A stretch of DNA of 64,000 nt from Hydrolagus colliei (lineage: Eukaryota): the NCBI GenBank assembly GCA_035084275.1, contig CM068748.1, positions 3,224,001 through 3,288,000 of the forward strand, given 5' to 3'. Made by a program: the position numbers and the translations under genes. Each line of letters opens with the position of its first letter. Within the stretch, counting starts at the first letter, position 1. Shown here piece after piece: positions 13,301 to 23,900 of the stretch. The notes beneath the pieces are model-generated. The model was given only the letters and a program-made list of their open reading frames with translations. It was not told the DNA's origin and ran no database searches.

Positions 13301-16300
13301 GTTGTACTAATACAATTAGAATAATTGTAAAGTTTACCTGCTTGATTAGATTTTGCTTTTATAGCCTTTTTTTTTTATCATGCAGGCTGTGGATTACTAC
13401 CTGAAAGCGATGAGATCATTGAGCAAAAGGGAGAATCACCCTGCTGTTTGGGATTCTGTGAACTGGGAGCTGTCAACAACCTATTTTACCATGGCAACAC
13501 TAGAGCAAGATTATGCTCCATTGTCAAGAAAAGCTCAAGAGCGGGTAATGGAAATGATGTAGCATGTAACCTTCCATTACATTGCATTTCCCTTTTCCCT
13601 TTCCCGTTCAAATCAATTGATTGAGAATGATTTTTCTATACTTTGAAAGATGGCCAGCAAATTAAAATCCATCATGAACAGTCCATCTTGTTTTAGCATT
13701 CATAATTGCCATTCTTTCTTCCAAATGAGAAAATAAATCTTCATCTACTGTACTGATGTCAGTGCAGAATGAATGGCTTTCTATTCAGAAAATAATGACA
13801 ACATTTATCAACTCCTTCAGGAGAGCAAATTGGAAGGATTGTAGCTTTTGAAATATTTATTATATGTTTATTTTCTGTTCCTTTCAAAGGTCAGTTAGAA
13901 AACACTGTTTGCTTTAACAAAAGTAATTGTGACTATAATTCTCAACTGGGTGCTTGTATTCTTTTCTACTTGATTTGATACGTTCACCATCAAATAGTGT
14001 GTATTTACTGAGCTCTAGGAAGTATAGATGAGATCATATTAAAAATTATATTGTTTTACAGATTGAAAAGGAAGTCACAGATTCCATGATGAAATCCCTA
14101 AAGTTCTGTGATGTACATACAGAGTCTGCACGACAACCTCTATGTCAGTATAGGGCTGCAACAATTCACCATAGACTTGCCTCCATGTATCATAATTCTC
14201 TTAGAAATCAGGTAAGATGAACTTGATTGAAAAAGGTATATCAATTAAAGCTTTCTTACATTTAAAGTACTTTGAGGTATAAATCCAACATCAAAGGTGC
14301 TATAAAAATTGCAGTTGTATTCACAAACCATATGATTGTGTAATTTAATTTGTCAGAAATAGGATCGCTGTATACTGTGCGTTTTTATAAAATCCTGTTA
14401 AATATTATCTTGTTAAAAGGTTTTCAATCTACGCTTATCTTTAAACTGTACACCGGTTTCTGAAATATATACTCCTGTTTAATTTGTAAACTTGCAAAAT
14501 AATGGTTTATTATTTGAGCAGCTTGCCTATTCCAAAACAACATCTTTACCTTGTATTGTCTGGTAGCACAACTCCTCTCCGTAGCCTTTGTCTCTTTTAA
14601 AACCTACGGTGACCAGTTATAATGTGCTTTGTTCACTTATAGCATGGTGTACTGCTGATCTGACAACCCCAGAAAGACTGATTGCTGGACACATTTATAC
14701 TCTGATTTTGTAGACAAATCTGTTATAATAGGGTCCTCCTGCACTTTGCTATTCTCCTTATGCTTGCAGGTATATTTTCTCAAGTTCCCTCCTTGCAGTT
14801 CTGAACAATTCCCTGGATTCCTCAGTCTGTCTTTCTAGGTTTCCTTATCTGATTTATTTCCTGAACATTCGGATTAATTTCATATGCTTCCTGCAACTCA
14901 ATGATTCCACAGCTTTGTCGGTCAACTGGTTTGGACAGACACATTTGTTGCAAAAACAAAATCATCATAAAATATCATGTGCTTTTATAAAATTTAGTGC
15001 AGATTTAATTCTCAACAGAAATGGAAAATAAAGAATATGAAGTAAAGTATTTTTTATTACACAGATTGGTGATGACCACTTGCGAAAGCAATACCGCAGT
15101 TTGGCTGAACTGCATTACAACAAGGCTGTCAAACTGTTTCAGACATTGAAAGATGCACCTTGTGAGTTGCTCCGAGTTCAGTTAGAACGAGTTGCATTTG
15201 CAGAGTTTCAGATGGCAAGTAAGTTAATATATGGAATTGACATTGCCTTTTAAAAGTTTCTAGTTTCTAAGATGGAGCTGAAATACTTGAAGTGATATGT
15301 GGAACTGGGTGCCTTGGGATGTCCTCCCGATGTGAAAAGTGCTTTACAAATGTAACTTTGTTGTAGAACTGGAAAAGGGAATTGCTAATATGCTGGTACA
15401 GTAAAACTCACATCATATCAAGCAAAATACAACCACAAAAATAACAACAAAGTTACATTTATAGAACGCCTTTCACGTTGGGAGGACGTACCAAGGCACT
15501 GGGATGTTAATAATACAATAATATTGTACAATACTTGTTTTAAATGAGGTGCATGTTCATAGAATCTTAGAATCTTATGGCATAAAAGGAGGCCATTCAT
15601 CCCATCTAGTCTGTGCCGGCTTTTTGAAAAGAGCAACTCAATCCCACTGCCCAGCTGTCTCCCCATAACCTAACAGACCTGTTTTTCCTAAATAAAGATC
15701 TAATTCTCTTATAAAAGCTGTTATCAAATCAGCCTCCACTTTTTCAGGTAATGCATTCCAGATTCAAACAACCCGTTGAGTGAAAAAATTTCTCATCAGG
15801 TGCCCTCTGCTTCGTTTTGAAACTATTTTAAATCTGTGACCACGATCATGTTATGTTGTAAGATGATGGATTTTCTATTGCAGATCAGAATAGCAACACT
15901 TCAAAACTAAAGACTGTTTCAGGAGCACTGGATATACTGATAGATTCTGTGTATGCATTTCAGCTTATCCACTGCGAAGTTGTATGTGATTATGAACAGG
16001 TACATTCAAAAGTATTTTTTAATTGGTGGGAGGAAATCTATGAGTTATGGGAAGAACTTCTACCTGGATCTAGATTTACTCTATTAATCATTTTCGAGTC
16101 CCCATAATTTAGCAAATTGTTGAAATCAGTCTTTTGAAGCCGGTTTTCTGTTCTCAAACTTCAACCAAACTTAAATTTAAATTGGAATGTTGTTTCATTT
16201 ACAGTGGATGTGTGATGTTGCTAAAAACTCACTGTATTGACAAATGTACAATGTAGACGGTAGCATAGGAGGCTTTGCTCTACATCAAGCTATAAAAACA

Positions 16301-18333
16301 TGAAACAAAATCCTATTCCCAAGTGTCCTTGTCTTAAGCACTTCCTCATCAAAAAAGATGCAATTATTTGGTTGCTATTGTGCACAGATGTACAACTATT
16401 AATACACAAATTACATTGTTATTGTCAGTAAATGTAGACCTAATTTACTTTCCTCTCTATCACTTTAATGATTATGCTTGTGGTGTTTTACATTTATTTA
16501 GAGTAGACAATGAAGATGAAGGAACATTTGTGTGTAACACAAGTTCATAAATATTTACTTGAAGTAATGTTCACTGTTGTGTCACTGTAACTTACTTTTT
16601 CACATGAATTTATTTAGGGAATTGATCAAGAACACACCAGTGATGGAAATACATCTGAAATTGACTCCTCTTCCAGCCTTAATAGAGAGGAGCTCCTAAA
16701 ACTCATCAACATATTTGAGGCGCGCCTCTCCTTTCTCCTTTTGCAGCTTATCAAACTGTTGACCACTTCTAAAAGGAAAAGCAGGTAAATGTATCTGGCT
16801 TTCGGTTCACTGCTGCCTTGGTTTGTATCCTACTTTGTTGGGAATATTTAGCCTGCACCTTTTCTACAAAACTGATGTGCCAAAAGTTGTTTTCTGGATA
16901 AATTCATTGGCAAATTCATCAACAAAGTTATAATAATAATATAATCCTTGCATTTGATATAGCGCTTTTCACATCTTATCGACGTCTCAAAGCACTTCAC
17001 AGGATATACTGTGAAGCGAATTGACTATATTTGTGGGTGAAACGCGGCAGCTAATTGCGCACAGCAGTGTACCCACAAACTGTCGTGGATTGAAATGACC
17101 AGTTTTTACCATTGTGTTTTTTTGGGGGGATGGATTATTATTATAAGCATGTTATTATTAAAAAAACAATAATAAAATTGGTCATTTCAATCCACGACTG
17201 TGTGTGGGACACTGCTGTGCGCAATTGGCTGCTGCGATTCGCCCACAAATATATACAGTCAATTCACTTTACAGCATATTCTGTGAAGCGCTTTGGGACA
17301 TTGATAAGATGTGGAAAGCGCTATATCAAATGCAAGGATTATTATTATTATTAGTACGGAAGCTTGCCCAAGGTTTCGCCCTGATCTGCCTGGATTCGAC
17401 CACATGTCTCACGCTTGTAAGGCGAGTGCTCTAACCATGAGCCATAGGAGCTCCACCTGTTATCAATGACAGGTGATTTACTCCTCTTCTTGGGTCTAAT
17501 TTGTTTAGTAATTATTGTTTTACCATTAAATAACTAAGGCATACAACATTTAGAGAATCTTCAAGCCTCAAATGCAATACTTCAGGATTGACCAGTGGAT
17601 TTAACTTGTACAACCTGTAAGATCTGGATTGGAATCAAACTGAGTTCATGGGATGAAGAACACTTCTCCTTTTTTCGTTGGAAAGATCTTAATTAGGCCA
17701 TGGGATTTTGAGTTTAATTTATTTTTCAGATTTCAGTTGAAAAGAGCTACATAGCAGTTTGGTCTATTTAGGATTAAAAAATTAACAGAAAATAAAGGTT
17801 TAATTAATTAAATAAGTAAATTTTCTGGAGCAAATGAAGAACACCAGCTATATGTATCGATCACAATTACTAGTAATATTCCTAGCTTTGCTTATGAAAA
17901 ACATTTGGTTTAGTTGGTGACGGTTCTGTGATAATACAGGGTTGGGATACATGCAGCTAAAGACACTTTACAAATGTAACTGTGCATTGTATTACCTTTT
18001 GCTATTCATCTGATTCTTCCTCAGTTCCTAGTTCAACCTACCACATTTTGCACAAAGCCTGCTTTGTTTTTGAGCAATGGCTCAAATATTGTCATGCTTC
18101 AAATATACATAGCTTTGTATTATTACATTTTCTGAACTCTTACTTCTGTCTATTTCAAAAGCACCTTCGCCGATGATCAAATGTCACTGAAAAACTACAA
18201 GCATGCTTATTCAACATTGCTGCGGGCAACAGCGGAAAAGAACATCCCTTTAGTACAGAGAGTGGAGGTGATACTCAGTTTATTGAAACAATTATCACCC
18301 GAAGCATCAGCCAGTGAAACTGGATCTGTGTGA
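1355..18333 (+). CDS. EDRF1: Erythroid differentiation regulatory factor 1 (EDRF1/C10orf137), 5'-partial; 21 coding exons in window
   Basis: GT-AG exons with consistent phases: 1355-1479, 2048-2207, 4976-5077, 5247-5368, 5646-5757, 6860-7007, 7223-7331, 7705-7816, 8578-8841, 9148-9219, 9872-10022, 11003-11194, 11946-12146, 12399-12617, 12882-13108, 13386-13544, 14062-14211, 15065-15218, 15884-15999, 16618-16784, 18162-18333 (TGA). Recognisable peptides include TGDWNWLKELYQRL, LVGSNMPIFGGGKYPAVSLRL, GIDYWLDNLMCNVPEL and VWDSVNWELSTTYF. Position next to MMP21 matches vertebrate synteny. Confidence 0.95.
1744..2021 (+). mobile_element. tRNA-derived SINE (abundant young family), near full length
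   Basis: Degenerate tRNA head, GGGCAAGTTTCCTTACTCC body and L2-type tail AAGCGCTTTGAGA...AAGCGC; matches the other copies in the window. Confidence 0.8.
2325..2660 (-). mobile_element. Old Deu-domain SINE (SacSINE/AmnSINE-like)
   Basis: The reverse complement reads AGGTGCTGTCTTTCAGATGAGACATTAAACCAAAG...CAGGTGGACATTAAAAATCCCACAGCACTATTTG, resembling the Deu core as I recall it. A similar copy lies at 58030-58400. Confidence 0.7.
2671..3791 (-). mobile_element. Internally deleted pogo/Tigger DNA transposon with transposase N-terminal ORF (2908-3414)
   Basis: TIRs TAGGTAAATCTCTATTTAGGA and TCCTAAATAGAGGCTTACCTG with TA flanks (2669-2670, 3792-3793). The ORF encodes CENP-B-like HTH domains (RKVITLNTKLEVIKR...LARSTVATI; ERMLSVWIEDQNQ; ASRGWFQIFKR; MSGEA). 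No DDE domain follows. Confidence 0.9.
4640..4807 (+). mobile_element. tRNA-SINE 3' fragment
   Basis: TCAATCCACGACTGTTTGTGGG...GTGAAGCGCTTTGAGA...GGATTATTATT. Confidence 0.75.
10150..10583. mobile_element. Tc1/mariner-type MITE
   Basis: 24-bp TIRs TAGTAAACTCCTGATAACTTGTCA and TGACCAGTTATCAGGAGTTTACTG; TA on the left flank, degenerate on the right. Confidence 0.75.
15557..15840 (-). mobile_element. CR1-type LINE 3' end fragment
   Basis: CATAGAATCTTAGAATC tail repeats and GGAGGCCATTC...CCCAT motif; similar fragment at 54495-54660. Confidence 0.65.
16930..17454 (-). mobile_element. tRNA-SINE (-) interrupted by an oppositely oriented SINE 3' fragment (17174-17352, +)
   Basis: Order is minus tail 16930-17106, plus tail 17174-17352, minus tRNA head 17354-17454. 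Confidence 0.85.
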
Positions 18334-18650
18334 CACTTCCAGTTGTGGCCCACTGTTCTCATTGAAGCATGATGACTAAATTTGATTATTGACCAAACTT
18401 CCTAATTGAACTGTGGCACTCCAAACCTAACAGTTTACAACTAGAAGATGGCGTTGAAGAATTGTTCTGTGGCAACTTGACAAACCTCAGAATTCTATTG
18501 ACTTTTGACATTCTAGTCTTCTGTGGTCATATTGTTCCACGTAGCCGATATTTTACTTGCCGTAATTGTCTCCAGCTGTATGCAAATTAATTTAAATTGG
18601 CTCCTATGGTGACGGCATGTCACATAGGTAGGTCCCAGATTTGACCCTCC

Positions 18651-18712
18651 ATCTCCAACAGGATTGCAGTGAGTGCTCTACAGATCTCCAATAGGATTGC
18701 AGTGAGTGCTCT
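18651..18712 (+). repeat. 33-bp-period tandem duplication in the EDRF1 3' UTR
   Basis: ATCTCCAA(C/T)AGGATTGCAGTGAGTGCTCT occurs at 18651-18679 and 18684-18712. Confidence 0.9.
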
Positions 18713-19802
18713 GCATCCGTTGGCCAGAAAGGAGAAAAAGAGGTGGATATTCATAATCCTGTTTATTGCTATTTATTGACCGCTGTTTGAAAGTGCACTT
18801 ATGTGGACGGAATTGGGCTAATCTGTGAAGCCTACCTAATCAAACAAAGCGATGACATTCACTGCCTGGGCTGTTGCATGAAGAATGGCATGAAAGAAGT
18901 AGATTTCACTCTCATTAAGAGGTTGGGATATAGTGGTGAGTGGGGGGAAAAAAATTAATGCAAGTCATGAGTGGTGATGCCTTGTTTTTCTTTTACCTTG
19001 TTAAACCATATGCATACAAGTTGAATTTATATGTTTGTTATTGAATTGTTCTAGTTACTGTGTACATTGTAAATACAGGCAATAAGAAGGATGTTCCTTC
19101 GGTGCATGCATTTTTGATTCGGGAACAACAAAAGGTGCAATCGATGCTGTAAAAGCAACATTTTTAAATTTGCATTTTACTATTCATTTTATTTAAAGAG
19201 AACATTCATATGTAAGTAAGATGCAGCCCTGCATCCGCACACTTTGAAGGTGAAACTTCTATTCTGCATCTGTAAGTATGTGTTCTCCATTAGTATACAA
19301 CCTTCAAAACTGCAACATTATTTACCATAGGCGTAATATAAAGTTGAAAGCAAAAAACAGACTTTAAAGATCTTTACATTTAGATTAGGAGTGAAACATT
19401 TTGACGTTCCACCAATATACCAGGTAATGGGAATATTTTTAAAATTAGATTATTTTTCCCAATGTATCAATACTAAAGTTGACTGGAGAAAGCATGCAAG
19501 TAAATGGAATTTTATTGTGCCTTGGTAAATTTGAACTGGATTTTAATACCATATCAACAAGTTGCACTGAAAAGGAACCTTGTTGCATCCATTCACATTT
19601 TTATTCTATTTACAGTATCGGCGAAGTAATGTACAATTTTTGATAAAGAAAATCCCCCAAAGTGTGAGCTGAAATGTTTCAATCTCTATAATGTATATTA
19701 TGTAATTAGAATTGTCAGCCTTTTGGTATTGTAAAGTTTGTAACTAACATTATGTTTATAATAATTTTGAAAACGAATGAAAATGTGCAATGTTTTCCAG
19801 TA

Positions 19803-19808
19803 AATAAA
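19803..19808 (+). terminator. Candidate EDRF1 polyadenylation signal
   Basis: AATAAA about 1.5 kb downstream of the stop, after TGTA-rich UTR sequence. Not unique; other AATAAA sites lie further downstream. Confidence 0.5.
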
Positions 19809-20949
19809 ATGGAATACAAAAATGATAGTATAAATCAGGGTGCAGTTTATAAAATTATTTATGTGCCCTAAATATTGTAACTTTAAAAGGGCATCAAATG
19901 TACAAGCACAAAAACAATGTATATGAGCATTCTCAGGACCTGGGACTGGTGTGATCTGCTAATTATGTGGGTTGACAAAGATTGCAGCTTTCTGGTGGAA
20001 GTATTATTGCTTTGTTTTGCTGGAAGTATTTTTTGCAGCTTTTTCTGAGATGGCATGGAGAATATATTACAAAGGAAAAGCTTTTAAAGAGTCCTCTTTG
20101 TGAAACGTGTCACACGGAGAATGCACATATTGGTATTATTTTAATCCTTGCATTTGATACTAAAATCTTCTGTCAATTGCAGAGCGTTTAATCTGTTTAC
20201 TTTGATGCAAGAAAATGCTGAGATTCAACATATAGTGTTTAAACATCTGAATATTTCCATTATAATTTAATGCTGAAATGTTCAAGATATTTATAAATAC
20301 AAATCTGACTTTCATTTTGTTTCCGAGAAGACAGATACTTGTTTAAGAGCTCTGCAAAGTTTCCTATTATTTGGCAATGTTCTACAATTTGTGTGTTTTA
20401 TTTCAAAGAATGTTTATCCTCAGTCAAAGCTACATCTTTAAAAAAATAAACTATTTAATACAAATATAGAAACAAAGATTGAGATTATGTTCTATTTGTC
20501 AATCAGTATTTTTACATACACAGAACTAGCAAAGATACATAATCTAAAACAGTAGATGTAAGTGCAGATATTGGAAAACAATGTATTTCAACGGTGGAGA
20601 AATATGCTGAATAGTTCTACTTGTGTCTATTTGTGGAAAATCAGAATTTTCCCACACCGTCTTAATTATATCAAGAAATAAATAGGTTTTAGGTCAGCCC
20701 TGGTCAAATATTAATACTGTAATTAGAAAATAAGAATCTATTACCACAGTTAGTGTTTGCAGTATTGTTTAAAAAGCAAGACAGTCATATTTGCAGGCTA
20801 GCAGAGCCTTTGTCGTACAACTTTAAGAAGCAGGCCAATCTACTGTCCATTCCGGCCATTGTTATGCATTATACAGTAACAGTATTAACTCTTGGTTTAC
20901 AACCAGTTGTTTTTTTACTTCAGCTTCCAGTTTGTTCTCAGAAGTAGAT

Positions 20950-23900
20950 TTAGTTCATTTCCAGAACTGAAGAGTGAACATCACAAATATCAAACCATTG
21001 ATCTCCTATCTTTCTTTTGGGAAATAATCCATTATATGGCAGTGATGGATTCTGCTGTTTATCTCTCTCATTGACCACTTTCCAGAATAAATTATTCTTG
21101 AAGAAAAAGATGGATTGATGCTTGTATGAGTAGTACACAGCATTCAGATTGCTGATGGGATGATCATCCAGTACCATTGCTGGAAAGAAGTCTACAATTC
21201 TTTTGGGATAGCCATTAACCTGCTTGGTATTTACATTGAAAGCAATCACCTAAAAAATAAAGCAAATTTTTGCAAATTCATCTTAGAAATATTTAACTGA
21301 TCCTTTGGTTTACATAAACACATTTTAGTGGTGTAATAATTGAAACATTTATAATTGGATCAAACTAATATTAAAATATTGCTGTTCTCATTCACTCTTA
21401 TGCTCTTCTGCCCAATATTCAGTGTGCTTCACTCTAACCCACCTTTACTACCATTTTTAGTGCCATTCTTAATGTCACATTACCATCAGCGTGATTTGGA
21501 TTGTATCTTAATACATATTAGTCATTCATTCCAGTAATTTTATTTTTTTAACAGCTACATACAGTATTAAAGTACTGAAACAAAACCTATTGCATTCTTC
21601 AACTTAGTTGATATGATGGACCAAGCTGCAGGAAATTTTGCCTAAGGTATTAAAATATGACAGAAAATACAGTGTACTGTGTTTTCATTGGTGCCTTGTT
21701 ATTTAAATACTTTTAAATCATTCATGGCGAGAGGATGATTTACTTTAAACAATTTACTGTATTTGTAGGCTAAGAAAATTGAATAAGGAAAGTATGTGAT
21801 GAACATTAAGATTTAATTTTGTAAAGGTTTTGAAATTGGTAGCTATCTGTTTGGGGCTTTGTATGCCTATGTGTGTGTACAAATACTAATGTGAGGTGTT
21901 GCGCTCAATTTAGTTTGCATTCCCTTCACACAAACATGAGTATTTATACTTACATTTGAATCTTTGAAGAAGTAGATGTGTTGGTCTCTCCTATCGTAAA
22001 AAGCTGTATCAATTGGACTTGGGACACCTGGAAAGCCTTCCGAAATTAACTTGGGATATCTCTTTCCCGCTGCATCAGCAGTGTACGCAATATCATTTTC
22101 ATTATCATATCTCCAATACTGAGTGCCTGTAAGAGAGAATTTTTAAGTTCAGTTTGAAAATTAAGATTCCAGAGAATATGTCATCACACTTGCTGAATAC
22201 TGCGTTACCTTTGAAAAAGTAGGCGGCGTATTTTGTCCACGTCCAAATGTGTACAAAGGCATCAATCCCATCATATGAGATTCCACGCCATCCAACTGAG
22301 AGAGCAATTGGATCTCCATAGCGTGTCCGGTTGTTGCGGTTCTCATACAGCCAGTACCAACCATTTCTGAAGAAGTAGGTGTTGAATTGAACCACCAATT
22401 CACCGTATTGATTTCTTTCTTTGCGAATCCAGTCAAATATTGTATTAAAGGGACCTTCACAAACACCTTTTTTTTTAAAAAAAGCAAGCCAAATATATGA
22501 CAATTCTGCACTTTCTGTGTGTTAACAATTTCCTATTCAGCAAACGCTAAGCAATACAATATTACAATGTAGTTTTATAACAGTTTCTAAGCTGGCGTTG
22601 TACAAAAAAAGTTTGCATGGCTTATGTACTTGTTAAAATCTTTATACTGTATGTGCTTGTTACCACTCATTTTTTCTTAGTTGTGTTATAGTAATAGAAT
22701 ATCTGCAAGATGTAGCCTCTCATACCGGTATCTCTTAATAATTACAGCTTGCACAGTATTGCAAGCATGAGAACAATTAGATATTTTTTTTAAGTTCTGC
22801 GAAAATTAATAGTTAATGTAAAACGAACTGGGCTAAACTTGGGTCAAACATTCCATTTTCAACTTGCACATTAAGGAGGATTGATAGCTAAATGAGCTGT
22901 ATCAAAATATTCACTGAACTCAAGAAGAACAAATAGCAAAGGAAGTTTTTTCTAATGGAAGGAAACTCCCACAACAGAGTTGGAAAAAGGGTTTTTCCCT
23001 GATGGAAAGTTTTGGTTAATGTTTATTATTCCAGTTTCTCCTGCTTCAAAGCTGAATTAGCAATTAATTGACTTATTGCAGTACTTTAATGATATAATAT
23101 TCTTTGCATTAATGGTATCAGCAGTACAATTATCTGGTCAAAATACTGATGGTGATTTTAATAATTTTTCAATCCTTGGCAGTTGATTAGTAGACATGGG
23201 GGAAATGTCTTTGTAATTTCTACAATATCCCATCCCACAGTGAATGAATTGGACCTTATAGAAATGTAAATCTGTACTTACCATAAAGTTGCTGAATAGC
23301 TTTCCTATCGAGCCAGTCCAGCTCAAAGCCGACTTCATGTGGGATGTAGCTGGATTGCATTACTGAACCCATTCTGTAGGTGTGAGGCAAACCCAGCACA
23401 TGACCTATTTCATGGACAGCCACCTGCACAATTGGACAGATAGGAACACTTATGAAGGCAAAGAATCCTTTCCCCACAAATAGTATATATTTCTGTTGGT
23501 TCTTCAAAAGCTCAGTGAGTCATTCATTTATAGTACCCTCAAATCCGTAATGTGTGTAAAATCTAATCGGAACTGTATTTACTGCAGAGAAGAAGGCCAT
23601 TCAGCCTATCGTGTCTGTACGAACTCCCTGAAGAGCAATCCTTTCAGTCTCATTTATATGTCTTTCCCCAAAGCTCTATGTATAAACTCTTAAAATATTA
23701 ATGTGTGTGGTGAAAGAAGCAGGGGAATGGTACCACAGTAAATCACCATAGCCCGAATCACCCCCTGTGCTCTAAACATTCTGTGATTCTATAGAGCTTT
23801 TAACTCGATCATTATTTTATCTCCCACTATAATAAAAGTTAATGCAGTAGAAAGTCATAATGATTATTGCCAAACTCTTCAAGATGGTTTTCATACGAAG

